From positions 2,572,902 to 2,636,901 of the forward strand of contig CM082585.2 of the NCBI GenBank assembly GCA_040954595.2: a stretch of DNA of 64,000 nt. The letters are read 5' to 3'. The notes below the pieces were generated by a model. It did not search any database and had not been told where the DNA came from. It saw only the letters and a list, made by a program, of their open reading frames with translations. The translations under genes were made by a program, and so were the position numbers. The DNA comes from Balanoglossus misakiensis. Its lineage: Eukaryota; Animalia; Hemichordata. This document shows, piece after piece, positions 1 to 15,100 of the stretch (positions are counted from its first letter, which is position 1; every line of letters begins with the position of its first letter).

Positions 1-3000
1 GGATGCCAAGAAATGGTAAAGTACTTCATTAGGTGTTCCAGTCCTCTAAATTTGAAACATGCATCTGCTGTGCATGCCAGGTTATGGGAACGTAGATCAA
101 AGGTCATTGCCAAAATTATCAAAAAATAAGGTTATGTTCCGGCAGCAGCAGTACTCATGTAAACAAAATCATGACTGTTGTGCTTTTTAACAAGAATCGT
201 ATCCACATACAATTAAGTTCAGAAAACACTGGATCAAAGGACATGTGTAGTTGTCAAAATTTTGTATAATCAAGTTCTGAGAAAACTGGATCAAAAACAT
301 GTATTCTGGTCATATGGCGACTCGTATCCATACAAAAGTTTTATCCAATAAGGTTGAACCAATCACAATTCACTTGAAAACTTAAGTAGAAAAAGATTTT
401 TGACATTTTTAATGAGATTTTTCAAAAATCCATAATAAATCCAAAGTCACATGACCACTAACATTATTATTGAAAAAATTGGAACCGCACAGTAAATTAG
501 AACTTTATTGGCCTTGTAATTTTTGAAAAGAGTCAACTTTTAAAGGTTATCAGAAAATCCAATATGGCTGCCATGACGAAGACAAAGCTAAAAGCAGCAT
601 TGGAGGGACGAATGTGGTTAGCATGGTTCCAACAGAAAGCAAAGGCTGTATCTGTAGCAGATGCCGAGAAATGGTAAAGTAAGCCAGATGTCATGCAAAA
701 TTGTGCCAACAAATTTTGATATCAAACTGATCAGTGTCCAACAAAATCCAGACTTCTAAGCTATATTGGTTAACTTGAAATTGCTTATGTACATAATTAT
801 TGTGTTAACGTTTAATACTTCATTAGGTATTCCAGTCCTAAAAATTTGAAGGCTGTATCTGCTGTACATTCCAAGGCATGGGATAGTAGATCAAAGGTCA
901 TTGCCAAAGTTATCAAAAGATTTGGGTTATGTCCTGGCAGCAGTAGTACTCATGTGAACAAAATCATGACTGTTGTGCTTTTTAACAAGAGGCATATCCA
1001 CATAAAATTAAGTAGTGAACAAAAATGGATTAGAGAATGTGTGAAAGTTGCCAAAAAATGTAACATATTCTAGTCATATGGTGACTCGTATCCATAAAAA
1101 ATAGTTGTGTGCTATCAATTAGTAGGCAAGAAATAGGAAAATGTATTTGTTAATCGGATTTTAGAAAATTCAATTTGGCTCCAATAAGGTTAAACCAATC
1201 ACAATTCACTTGAGAACATGATTAGGAAAAATAAATGAGATTTTTTAATGAGATTTTCAAAAATCCAATAAGGCATCCAAAGTCACATGACCACTAATGA
1301 TATTATTGTCAAACTTTGTGAACAGTAAATTAGAACTTGATTCGCCCTGCAGTTTTGAAGAAAGTCAACTTTTATAGATTATCAGAATATCCTATATGGC
1401 AACCATGAAGGAGACAATTAAAGCAACATGCAGCATTGCAGGGGCCAAAGTGGTTAGCATGGTTCCAACACAAAGCAAAGGCTGTATCTGTTATGGATGC
1501 TGAGAAATGGTTAAGTAAGTCAGAGGTCATGCAAAATTGTGCTAACAAAATTTGATATCACACTGATCCAACAAAAAGCCAGACTTCTAACTCTATTGGT
1601 TAATTTGAAAAAGCTTATGTACATAAATATTGTGTTAAAGTTTAAACTTCATTAGGTGTTTAAGTCCTCCAAATTTGAAGAATGTATCTGCTGTGCATGC
1701 CAAGTTATGGGGAAGTACATCAAAGGTAATTGCCAAAATTATCAAAATATATGTGTTATGTCCTGGCAGCAGTAGTACTAATGTGAACAAAATCATGACT
1801 GTTGTGCTTTTAACAAGAGGCATATCCACATAAAATTTAGTTCTGGAATTACAGTATCAAAGGAGATGCGAGAGTCACCAGCAAATTGAAATATATTCTT
1901 GTTAATGGTGACTCATATCCATAAAAATTATTTGTGTGGTTTCAATGAGTAGGCTAGAAATAGGAAATTTTAGTTTTTAATCGGAGATCAGAAAATCCAA
2001 TATGGGTCCAATTAGTTTTAACCAATCAAAATTTACTTGAAAACTTGATTAGAAATAGATTTTTGATTTTTTTTATGATATTTTTCAAAAATCCAATTAT
2101 GCATCCAAAGCCACATGACCACTACTGATACTATTATTGTCAAACATTGAACCGCACAGTAAATTAGAACTTGATTGGCCCTGTATTTTTTGAAAAAAAT
2201 GTCAAGTTTTAAAGGTTATCCGAAAATCCAATATGGCCACCATGAAGAAGACAATTAATACTAAAAGCAGCATTGGAGGGACCAAAGCGGTTAGCATGGT
2301 TCGAACAGAAAGCAAAGGCTGTATCTGTTATGGATGCTGAGAAATGGTAAGTAAGCGAGAGGTCACGCAAATTTGGGCCAACAAATTTCGATATCAAACT
2401 GAGCTGTGTCCAACAGAAAACAGACTTCTCAGCTCTATTGGTTAACTTGAAATTGCTTATGTACATAATTATTGTGTTAAAGTTTAATACTTCATTAGGT
2501 GTTTCAGTCCTCCAAATATTTTGTTTATTTCCTGGCAGCAGAAAGCAAAGGCTGCATCTGTTATAGATGCAAAACTCCTGTGAACAAAATCATGACTGGT
2601 GTGCTTTTTGACAAGAAGCATATCCACGCACAATTAAGTTCTGGAAAAAATGGATCAAAGGACATTCGAAAATTGCCCAAAAATTGTAATATAAACTGGT
2701 CATGTGGTGACTCATATCTATTAAAAGAATTTGGGTAGGCTAGAAATAGGATTTTTTTTAAATCGTGTGTTTAGAAAATCCGATTTGGCTTTAATTAGGA
2801 TAAACCAATCACAATTCACTTGAAAACGTGATTAGGAAAAGATTTGTGAAATTTTTCATGAGATTTTTCAAAAATCCAATATGGCAACCAAAGTGACATG
2901 ACCACTAATGATATTATTGTCAAACATTAAACCGCACAGTAAATTAGAACTTGATTTGCCTTGTAGTTGTTGAAAAGATGTAAATTTTTAAGTGTTATCA

Positions 3001-5779
3001 TAATATCCAATATGGCCGCCATTAAGAAGAAATGGGATGGGCCCAAGCAGTTAGCATGGTTCTAACAGAAAGCAAAGGATGTTTTGTTAAAAAAATCATA
3101 TGAAAACTCATATGTTCGAAAGAGCATACAGTGTGGTTTAACCGTGAGCGTCATTGGGCAAAATTTCTTTTTGGATTTTGGCGCTATATAAACTTTTTTG
3201 CTTGATTGATTTGATTTGATTTTGTTGTGGATGCAAAGAAATGGTAAAGTAAGCCAGAGGTCACGCAAAATTGTGACACAAATGTTTGATCTTAAACTGA
3301 TCAGTGTCAAACAAAAAACCAGATTTCTAAGCTCTATTGGTTAACTTGAAATAGATTATGTACAAAATTATTGTGTAAAAGTTTAATACTTTATTGGGTG
3401 TTGCAGTCCACCAAATTTGAAGGCTGTATCTGCTGTACATGCCAAGGCATGGGATAGTAGATCAAAAGTCATTGCCAAAATTATCAAAAGATTTGGGTTA
3501 TGTCCTGGCAGCAGTAGTACTCATGTGAACAAAATCATGACTGTTGTGCTTTTTAACAAGAGGCATATCCACATAAAATAAGTTCTGGAATTACTGGATC
3601 AAAGAACATGTGGAAGTAGTCTAATAATTATGATATATTCTGGTCCTATGGTGACTCGTATCCATAAAAAGAATTTGTGTGGTTTCAATGAGCACGCTAG
3701 AAATAGGAAATTTTAGTCTTTTATCGGAGATCAGAAAATCCAATTTGGCTCCAATAAGGTTTACCCAATCACATTTTACTTGAAAACTTGATTAGAAATA
3801 AATGTTTTGAAATTTTTTTATTCTATTTTTCAAAAATCCAAAGCCACATGACCACTAACGATATTATTGTCAAACATTGAACCGCACAGTCAATTTGAAC
3901 TTGATTGGCCCTGTAGTTTTTGAAAAAAATGTCACCTTTTAAAGGTTAACCGAAAATCCAATATGGCCGCCATGAACAAGACAATTACAACTAAAAGCAG
4001 CATTGGAGGGACCAAAGTGGTTAGCATGGTTCCAACAGAAAGCAAAGGCTGTATCTGTTATTGATGCTGAGAAATTGTAAGTAAGCCAGAGGTCACGCAA
4101 ATTTGGGCCAACAAATTTTGATATCAAACTGAGCTGTGTCCAACAGAAAACAGACTTCTAAGCTCTATTGGTTAACTTGAAATAGCTTATGTACATAATT
4201 ATTGTGTTAAAGTTTAATTCTTCATAAGGTGTTCCAGTCCACCAAATTTGAAGGCTGTATCTGCTGTACATGCCAAGGCATGGGATAGTAGATCAAAAGT
4301 CATTGCCAAAATTATCAAAAGATTTGGGTTATGTCCTGGCAGCAGTAGTACTCATGTGAACAAAATCATGACTGTTGTGCTTTTTAACAAGAGGCATATC
4401 CACATAAAATAAGTTCTGGAATTACTGGATCAAAGAACATGTGGAAGTAGTCTAATAATTATGATATATTCTGGTCCTATGGTGACTCGTATCCATAAAA
4501 AGAATTTGTGTGGTTTCAATGAGCACGCTAGAAATAGGAAATTTTAGTCTTTTATCGGAGATCAGAAAATCCAATTTGGCTCCAATAAGGTTTACCCAAT
4601 CACATTTTACTTGAAAACTTGATTAGAAATAAATGTTTTGAAATTTTTTTATTCTATTTTTCAAAAATCCAAAGCCACATGACCACTAACGATATTATTG
4701 TCAAACATTGAACCGCACAGTCAATTTGAACTTGATTGGCCCTGTAGTTTTTGAAAAAAATGTCACCTTTTAAAGGTTAACCGAAAATCCAATATGGCCG
4801 CCATGAACAAGACAATTACAACTAAAAGCAGCATTGGAGGGACCAAAGTGGTTAGCATGGTTCCAACAGAAAGCAAAGGCTGTATCTGTTATTGATGCTG
4901 AGAAATTGTAAGTAAGCCAGAGGTCACGCAAATTTGGGCCAACAAATTTTGATATCAAACTGAGCTGTGTCCAACAGAAAACAGACTTCTAAGCTCTATT
5001 GGTTAACTTGAAATAGCTTATGTACATAATTATTGTGTTAAAGTTTAATTCTTCATAAGGTGTTCCAGTCCACCAAATTTGAAGGCTGTATCTGCTGTAC
5101 ATGCCAAGGCATGGGATAGTAGATCAAAGGTCATTGCCAAAATTATCTAAAAGATTTGGGTTATGTCCTGGCAGCAGTAGTACTCATGTGAACAAAATCA
5201 TGACAGATGTGCTTTTTAACAAGAGGCATATCCACATAAATAAATTCTGGAATTACTGGATCAAAGGACATGCGATAGTCGCAAACAAGTTGTTCAATCA
5301 AGTTTTGTAAAAATTTGATCAAAGAACATCTGAAAGTAGTCTAATAATTTTGATATATTCTGGTCCTATGGTGACTCATATCCATAAAAAGAATTTGTGT
5401 GGTTTCAATGAGCACGCTAGAAATAGGAAATTTTAGTCTTTTATCGGAGATCAGAAAATCCAATTTGGCTCCAATAAGGTTTACCCAATCACATTTTACT
5501 TGAAAACTTGATTAGAAATAAATGTTTTGAATTTTTTTTATTCTATTTTTCAAAAATCCAAAGCCACATGACCACTAACAATATTATTGTCAAACATTGA
5601 ACCGCACAGTCAATTTGAACACCAAATTTGAAGGCTGTATCTGCTGTACATGCCAAGGCATGGGATAGTAGATCAAAGGTCATTGCCAAAATTATCAAAG
5701 ATTTGGGTTATGTCCTGTCAGCAGTAGTACTCATGTGAACAAAATCATGACTGTTGGGCTTTTTAACAAGATGCATATC
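1..5779. repeat. Tandem satellite, monomer ~830-890 bp (about 7 units; runs off the window start)
   Basis: Marker CACATGACCACTA recurs at ~448, 1285, 2112, 2896, 3845, 4676, 5565. Units 3409-4239 and 4240-5070 look identical (period 831). No credible ORF. Confidence 0.95.
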
Positions 5780-7706
5780 TATGTATAATTTACTTCTTAT
5801 AAAATAATGTAAAGGACACTGTGGTGCCCTTTGGGGATTACTCAGAAATTAGGTATTCACCAGAATTAAATTCAGGGGCGACATTGGCAAGCATATATGG
5901 CATTAATATTTAAATACTATGGAAACATAAAAAAATTAACTATGCCAAATAAAGTGTTATGTGTCACAGCAATCTTACAAGCTACACTAAAAAAACAACA
6001 ACTGATTTTTGTCCAAAAACTGTCTGTAAAAATACATGCGAGTATGACAAATTAATTAGTCCAATCAGACAGAGGCATTCACTGACCTACCACCAGTTTA
6101 TAATAAAATAGCTGGTGGTCCCTGTAACAGCTGGACCATTAAAATTATATAAGGAAGATCAGTTAAAAATTTACTCCAAGATTGCCGTTTATTTTTCTGA
6201 TAAAAATGTTTATACATCTTAGTAGGTTATAACAAAGAAAATTATCAAAATCGGTTCACCGGATTTCAGCGTACAAACGCATCAAATAATACTGAGATTC
6301 TCAAGTATCTTCACCATTTTTCAAAGAATTTTACCAAATTATATAAAAATGTAAGATTCACAGAAGATTACTTCTTTCAGTTTTACAGGAGATCATCTAA
6401 ACTTGTAAAAAAAATCTCTCTATTTTTTGCATGGCACCATGGTAAAATATGAAAATTTGCAATGTTTGATGTTCCGTGTCTAAATCATGTTTGATCTAAT
6501 TTTCACGAAATTTTCAGATTATATTACAATATATGTGCAGATACAGATAGTGACTTATGTTTTTGATATCTGGATTATAATTTAAATTCCCAGGCGCTCA
6601 AAAATGGTAAACCTAGCATTTTACCATTGCAAATGGGCGGCCAAATTCGGTTGACATTTCATTAGATGGCAATATTTGTTTATACATTGCAATTTGCTGA
6701 AAATCAGTTCAATCACTGTAGTAAGTGGAAATATTTAAATTCTTGTGTATTTTAGCAATCATAAAGCTGATATTACTATCAAAAAAATGTTATACAGTTG
6801 CTTCTGGACAGCAAAAATTGCCATCATTCAAGTCAAAGTCTCAGATCGGCCCTTTTGCTTGCCTGTGTCGAGCAGATATCAAAAGTGGAGAAAGTTGGAT
6901 AGTTTAATTTCTACATGTTACCTGTACTATCCTTGTAGACTATTAACATTAACAAGAATTTCATATTAAATTCTGGTATGATATGCATGGAAAGACTGGC
7001 TGGCTATAAATCATAAAAATGGACGCCGTTGCACCATACAGTTTTACTGCATACACACGTATTTTAAGCAAACTGTGCCTTTCATGTATTCCACTTTTCT
7101 CCCTTCCTTGCTGGCTTTCTCTGTTTTTTTTCTGACTGTGTCTTTATAAAATTACTATTTTTGTTTATTTTTTTTTTTTTTTTTTTTTTGGGGGGGGGGG
7201 GGGGGGGTAATTCAATTTCTGGCTCAAAAAATTGTACTAGAGCTGGTAAGGTTTCCTGAAAATTAATCCCTGTATCTTTAACGCAGGTGTGCAAGTTCAT
7301 ATAAAGTTCATTGGTTAAAGGAATATTATGAGCTGATAAATTTACTAAGCTCTTCTTTCCAGTTAGAAGCTCTGCTATATTAACAACTACTCTCAATGCT
7401 ACTTCAATAATGTTGCCTGTGCAAATTGACAATCAAAATATCCATTAGTTAGACAACATATTTGGTTGGGTAATTACAGAATAATAACTATAATTCCATG
7501 CATACTCGACCTAAACTCAAATTAGAATATATAACTAAAATTATAGTTATACACAGGTCTATAAAATGCTAAGAAAATGTAAAATCTAGGAAAGAACACC
7601 CATGGGCATTCAGCTCTTAGCAGATAACATCAGTCACTTTGAAGACATGTCACTTCCCAGACTTTACTAAAAATACTTCCAACTCTGACGTTAAACGCAT
7701 CTCCAA

Positions 7707-8687
7707 AAAATCCAATATGGCAACCATGAAGAAGACAATTAAAGCAACATGCTGCATTGGAGGGACCAAAGTGGTAAGCATGGTTCCAAAAGAAAGCGAA
7801 GGCTGTTTCTGTTGTGGATGCCAAGAAATGGTAAAGTAAGCCAGAGGTCATGCAAAATTGTGCTAACAAAATTTGATATCAAACTGATCAGTGTCCAACA
7901 AAAAACCAGACTTCTAAGCTCTATTGGTTAACTTGAAATAGCTTATGTACATAATTATTGTGCTAAAGTTTAATACTTCATTAGGTGTTTCAGTCCTCCA
8001 AATTTGAAGACTGTATCTGCTGTGCATGCCAACTTATGGAAAAGTAGATCAAAGGTCATTGCCATAATTAGCAAAATATTTTGGTTATTTCCTGGCAGCA
8101 GCAGTACTCATGTGAACAAAATCATGACTGCTGTGCTTTTTAACAAGAGGCATATCCACATAAAATAAGTTCTGGAATTACTGGATCAAAGGACATGCGA
8201 GAGTCGCAAACACATTGTTTAATCAAGTTCTGTAAAAACTTGATCAAAGAACATGTGAAAGTAGTCTAATAATTGTGATATATTCTGGTCATATGGTGAC
8301 TCATATCCATAAAAAGAATTTGTGTGGTTTCAATGAGCAGGCTAGAAATAGGAAATTTTAGTCTTTTATTGGAGATCAGAAAATCCAATTTGGCTTCAAT
8401 AAGGTTTACCCAATCACAATTTACTTGAAAACTTGATTAGAAATAGATTTTTGAAATGTTTTAATGATATTTTTTCAAAAATCCAAAGCCACATGACCAC
8501 TAATGATATTATTGTCAAACATTGAACCGCACAGTAAATTAGAACTTGATTGGCCCTGTAGTTTTTGAAAAAAATGTCAACTTTTAAAGGTTATCCAAAT
8601 ATCCAATATGGCCGCCATGAAGAAGACAATTAAAACATTTACTAAAAGCAGCATTTGAGGGACCAAAGCGGTTAACATGGTTCCAAC
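7707..8687. repeat. Satellite segment (~1.1 monomer) between block copies
   Basis: Same motifs as 1-5779 (AATCCAATATGGC, CACATGACCACTA at ~8490). An 84 bp remnant with the same two junctions lies at 10444-10527. Confidence 0.9.
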
Positions 8688-8863
8688 ATAAAAATGCAAG
8701 ATTCACAGAAGATTACTTCTTTCAGTTTTACAGGAGATCATCTAAACTTGTAAAAAAATCTCTCTATTTTTTGCATGGCACCATGGTAAGATATGAAAAT
8801 TTGCAATGTTTGATGTTCCGTGTCTCAATCATGTTTTATCTAATTTTCACGAAATTTCCAGAT

Positions 8864-9306
8864 TATATTGAACACCTATTGCCTGGCCATGAGGGCCATA
8901 GCGGCCGTTTATTACACCGGAGGGGTTGTGAGTTACCAGAATCATATGCTATTTCCCGAGGCCGCAGGCCGAGGGAAATAGCGTATGATTCTGGTAACTC
9001 ACAGCCACGTGGGGGTAAAAACGGCTGCTATGGCCCGAATATAGGCCAGGCTATAGGTGTTTTATAATAAACCTCATGCTGACAGTTTGGAAAATCATGC
9101 AATTTTCTCTTGAGGTTGGCAGACGACATCTTCAGCGGTGGCCATTGTGTCAGACGCGACGCTGATTGACGTGACCACGTTTGTCATGTGACCGGTTTAT
9201 ATTTTTTCTGCTATTTCCCTAACGGTTCATAGTCGATTCTATTTTCCTATCACGTGACGGATTCTGGCGAATCACGGCACAGTATTAGCATGAGGTATAT
9301 TATAAT
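8864..9306. mobile_element. Non-autonomous hairpin element (terminal palindrome plus short asymmetric inverted repeat; Crypton- or Helentron-like by inference)
   Basis: Present only in block copy 2. Imperfect palindrome 8871-9061 centred on CCCGAGGCCGCAGGCCGAGGG. Inverted repeat ATAATAAACCTCATGCT (9064-9080) / AGCATGAGGTATATTAT (9287-9303). AT-rich site. Confidence 0.8.
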
Positions 9307-12136
9307 ACAATAAATGTGCAGATACAGATAGTGACTTAAGTTTTTGATATCTGGATTATAATTTAAATTCCCAGGCGCTCAAATATGGTAAACATAGCAT
9401 TTTACCATTGCAAATGGGCGGCCATATTGGGTTGACATTTCATTAGATGGCAATATTTTTTTATACACTGCAATTTGCTGAAAATCAGTTCAATCACTGT
9501 AGTAAGTGGAAATATTTAAAGTCTTGTGTATTTTAACAATCATAAAGCTGATATTACTACCAAAAACATTTTATACACTTACTTCTGAACAGCAAAAATT
9601 GCCATCATTCAAGTCAAAGTCTCAGATCGGCCCTTTTGCTTGCCTGTGTCGAGTGGATATCAAAAGTGGAGAAAGTTGGATAGTTTAATTTCTACATGTT
9701 ACCTGTACTATCCTTGTAGACTATTAACATTAACAAGAATTTCATATTAAATTTTGGTATGATATGCATGGAAAGACTGGCTGGCTATAAATCATGAAAA
9801 TGGACGCCGTTGCACCATACAGTTTTTACTGCACACACATGTATTTTAAGCACACTGTGTCTTTCATGTATTCCACTTTTCTCCCTTCCTTGCTGGCTTT
9901 GTCTATTTCTTTTCTGACTGTGTCTTTATGAAATTACTGATTTTTTTTTGGTAATTCAACTTCTGGCTCAAATAAATGTACTAGAGCTGGTAAGGTTTCC
10001 TGAACATTAATCCCTGTATCTTTAACGCAGGTGTGCAAGTTCATATAAAGTTCATTGGTTAAAGGAATATTATGAGCTGATAAATTTACTAAGCTCTTCT
10101 TTCCAGTTAGAAGCTCTGCTATATTATCAACTACTCTCAATGCTACTTCAATAATGTTGCCTGTGCAAATTGACAATCAAAATATCCATTAGTTAGACAA
10201 CATATTTGGTTGGGTAATTACAGAATAATTACTTTAATTCCATGCATACTCTAACTAAACTCAAATTAGAATATATAACTGAAATTATAATTATAAACAG
10301 GTCTATGAAATGCTAAGAAAATGTAAAATCTAGGAAAGAACACCCATGGGCATTCAGCTCTTAGCAGATAACATCAGTCACTTTGAAGACATGTCACTTC
10401 CAAGACTTTACTAAAAAAACTCTGAAGTGAAACGCATCTCCAAAAAATCCAATATGGCAACCATGAAGAAGACAATTAAAGCAACATGCTGCATTGCAGG
10501 GGCCAAACTGGTTTGCATGGTTCCAACATAAAAATGCAAGATTCACAGAAGATTACTTCTTTCAGTTTTACAGGAGATCATCTAAACTTGTAAAAAAAAT
10601 CTCTCTATTTTTTGCATGGCACCATGGTAAAATATGAAAATTTGCAATGTTTGATCTTCTGTGTCTCGATCATGTTTGATCTAATTTTCACGAAATTTTC
10701 AGATTATATTACAATATATGTGCAGATACAGATAGTGACTTAAGTTTTTGATATCTGGATTATAATTTAAATTCCCAGGCGCTCAAATATGGTAAACCTA
10801 GCATTTTACCATTGCAAATAGGCGGCCTTAATTGGGTTGACATTTCATTAGATGGCAATATTTGTTTATACACTGCAATTTGCTGAAAATCAGTTCAATC
10901 ACTGTAGTAAGTGGAAATATTTAAATTCTGATGTATTTTTAGCAATCATAAAGCTGATATTACTACCAAATAAATGCTATACAGTTACTTCTGGACAGCA
11001 AAAATTGGCATCATTCAAGTCATAGTCTCAGATCGGCCCTTTTGCTTGCCTGTGTCGAGCGGATATCAAAAGTGGAGAAAGTTTGATAGTTTAATTTCAA
11101 CATGTTACCTGTACTATCCTTGTAGACTATTAACATTAACAAGAATTTCATATTAAATTTTGGTATGATATGCATGGAAAGACTGGCTGCTTATAAATCA
11201 TAAAAATTGACGCCGTTGCACCATACAGTTTTTACAGCACACACACGTATTTTAAGCAAACTGTGTCGTTCATGTATTCCACTTTTCTCCCTTCCTTGCT
11301 GGCTTTCTCTGTTTCTTTTCTGACTGTGTCTTTATGAAATTACTGATTTTTTTTTGGTAATTCAATTTCTGGCTCAAATAAATTTACTAGAGCTGGTAAG
11401 GTTTCCTGAACATTAATCCCTGTATCTTTAACGCAGGTGTGCAAGTTCATATAAAGTTCATTGGTTAAAGGAATATTATGAGCTGATAAATTTACTAAGC
11501 TCTTCTTTCCAGTTAGAAGCTCTGCTATATTATCAACTACTCTTAATGCTACTTCAATAATGTTGCCTGTGCAAATTGACAATCAAAATATCCATTAGTT
11601 AGACAACATATTTGGTTAGGTAATTACAGAATAATTACTTTAATTCCATGCATACCCTTCCTAAACTCAAATTAGAATATATAACTGAAATTATAATTAT
11701 ACACAGGTCTATGAAATGCTAAGAAAATGTAAAATCTAGGAAAGAACACCCATGGGCATTCAGCTCTTAGCAGATAACATCAATCACTTTGAAGACATGT
11801 CACTTCCCAGACTTTACTAAAAAATACTTCCAACTCTGAAGTAAAACGCATCTCCAAGTTGCATACACAATATTATAATATACTGTTAGAGATTTATAAT
11901 GGTTTAAGTGAAAAAATACAGAGATGTAAATACCCCTGCCATTTATTCAGTGCCATGTAATGCTGCCGTTATGCACTGATTGACTCTAGCCACTTTCCCA
12001 GTAGGAGGAAAAAGACCATATGCCGACTTCAGCATAAAAATCTCAGTTTACTCTGGCTAATTATATTGGAGTTCTTATCAGTGTTTCGGGACGCTTAGAT
12101 GATAATCGTTGTAATGGACAACACCAACATATGACG

Positions 12137-15100
12137 TTAACAAGCGGGAAGAAACGAAAGTTACTCAGTTTTTGGCATTTTATTTTTATTTGCAAGACCG
12201 AGAAATTAAAATATGACAAGTTTAGAAATCAATCAGATTATACAGCATGTCCCACTTTGAATGGTGGCCATATTGGATTCTGAACTCCCTAGTAATATAA
12301 ACATATAGTGTACTTAGTGAGTCTCAGTATAGGGTAATCAACACAATCAGACAAAACTTGGGTTACCCATTGGAATATTCCTATCAAATTTCAAAGCAAT
12401 CCCATATGCAGTTTCAGAAAAATCAGTATTTTCTCCAAAATTGTATAATATCTTACTTCAATCGCTTCAGGGAACATGCCTACCAAAGCTCAAGGCGATC
12501 TGACATGCAGTTTGAAAGAAAATAATTTTTGATGAAAAATTCCACAACTTTCACACACAAAACGCAAATATGTAAATTTCAAGTATTTTTTTTAAACATC
12601 TCATTTAATTATCCCCAAGGAACAAGCCTACCAAATTTGAAAGCAATCTCACAAGCGGTTTTAGAGGAAACAATTTTTGACCAAAAATTGCTACAAAATT
12701 ATAAATATGCACATTTTTCATCAACCAGGTTTTCATCAACTGGGACCACACATACAAAAGTATGCTTCCAAGCAACACGACTCTAGGAGAAAAAATCCTT
12801 GTCGCCCTGGTCAAAAAATTGGCTTATACTAAAACATCAAATCGGTTATCTCTCAAAGCTAAAAGGGTTATCACCAAACAGATTACAATGCCTAAGTTAA
12901 AATGTTTAAGACATTTTCTTTAGTTGTGGTTTTGGTTTTATCGGTTTTCCCAATAAAAATTAGGATAATTTTTTAAGTATGCCAACGGAGAGGTGGAAAT
13001 CTCACCAGAAAAGCGAAAATACACCAACCACGTTTAAACCGTAAAATTAAAAAAAAAACACCTGCAAACACCGAGGTGACTCATATAAAAACCTCAAAGA
13101 ACGTATGGAATTATGTATGGAAAAATACCGTGGTTTCCTGACCTTCCGCTAAACAAAGACTATACGTATGGAACTATCGTTCCGTCCACCAGCAAAGAGA
13201 CTTTCCAGAGAAAAACGTTCTACCCGTACCTTATGTCGCCACAGTGACGTGCCATTTTGCCACAACCGTTCGACAGTATGGTCGACTATTTTGACACTAA
13301 ACATCCTGCAGCGCTGCCATCCTTTTCAATCTCACAAACTGGCCCTACGTGCGCTTAGGCAAGAGGCCTAGCAATAAAATTCTCACAAAATATAACCCTA
13401 TAAATATGACTAGACTTTCTCGATTATGACTTCCTGGTCTCCTGATTCGGGAGCCAGCGCAGCCATACCCAGAATAGCCGAGAGGCTAGCTGCACGCCCG
13501 TAGCTCGGAATTGTTTCTGGAATTAAACCTACTTCTGTTCAACTACAAGGTGTTGTACGGATAGCTGCAAGTCACCCAATACCAGACAAAACAATCGAGT
13601 GACGGTAACATAGCTAAATAGGCTATTGTACTAAAAGCAATGATTCGATTATGAGCCTACCGAAAAGACGTCTTGATCCCGCGGCAAGTAGAAGGAAAGT
13701 GGTCGAAACCCGGCGTCGCACACCGGAAACGGATCAATGATCACCTGTTGTTATGGTGAGTAGAACGTGTTACCCAATCACAGACCAAAGTTAGCATTAC
13801 GACACACTAATGAATATGCATACATGCTACAGCTGCATATTTTATTTCTTTAGAACGCTCTGGAACATGCTCGCATTCGAAAGAATATCTCATTTGCTTT
13901 TTGAGTGTGAGTGCCTCATTATCTACACAATAAAATCGGGGGGGGGGGCACAGTGGGTAATTTCTACCACAGCCACGCATTTCAAACCAGGCAAGCGAAC
14001 TGCAAACTTCCGATGTCTGAGCAACGGGTTTGATGTGCCTTGTGTTGTGAACACTTATTCGACTTCGAGGAAACAGAGCTATAATACTTCCTAATGTGTT
14101 TCTCTTTTTGTGTCATTTTGGTCAGTCAGACCACGATACCCGAGATCGTAAACTGCTTGGGTTAGGTCGCTTAGGAGGCTGCAACTGCGGCCACAGGTCA
14201 TGTCGGTGTGTGTTGTAAACAAACATGGTAAATGCCTCCCGCACAGCAACACGCTCGCTCTACCAGCAGTCACTGTGCTCTACCGTACTGTCGATCGTTT
14301 CCATGTCAGTTTCACGTTGGCTCGTTATAATGTCCCTATGCTTATCGTAATCTCGGGATCGTAATTATTATTTTATTATTATTATGATTATTATTTATCT
14401 TTATTTCAGACACAACCGTCCATAGAAATAGGTTACAAAAACTGACAAAAACACTAGAAAAGTAATAAATAAAATAAATGTAAAAAATATAATAGTTTTA
14501 AGAATCAATGTAAAATGTCAATCCAGTGGGTATGTAGTCCATAAAAGCGCATATCTCATGAGACAAGACGATTGATCAAAACATTGGGACTAGTACAGAG
14601 ACGAACAGAAAAATTAAAAGCGACTTTTCTTCTCATGACGGAGAAGCAGTTTACGGCGTTTAGAACAAATATTTTAGAGGCACTTTCGTGTCCGGGTGAC
14701 CAAGAAGTCTTCGAAGTGCATTGTTGTGACATACGATGATATTCCGGATATTATAATCGCACCATAAATGAAAGTCATAAATGTTATTACAAAAAGCATT
14801 AAATAAACGCAATTTCACATCGACAGAACACGAATTGAACTTTCTCAGGAGAAAATTAGGCCTAGCCCTTCCACATGTTATGTATTCGTGTTATGATAGT
14901 CCCACTGATCTGACAACACGCTCGCTTTTATTGTGGCCTTTTGTCCCGTTCGCCAGCACTGTGTATAGGCCTGCGTTTTCCGTTAACAGACTATCCCGTT
15001 CGCCAACTTTACTGAACTGCAAATTGAAGAATCGGTTTGCAGCTAGGACGAAACGGCCGGGGTCGCGTACATTAAAGGCCGAACCGATAAGAATAAGTGC

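Larger units (their letters stand above)
6343..11857. repeat. Three direct copies of a ~1.35 kb non-coding block (6343-7706, 8688-10443, 10528-11857)
   Basis: Each runs ATAAAAATG(T/C)AAGATTCACAGAAG...AACGCATCTCCAA. The same short ORFs recur at 7082/9934/11340 and 6725/9506. Confidence 0.92.

Noticed and set aside
846-11582. Recurrent short ORFs in the satellite and 1.35 kb block
   Set aside because: They recur only because the DNA is repeated; they break differently between copies and show no domain.
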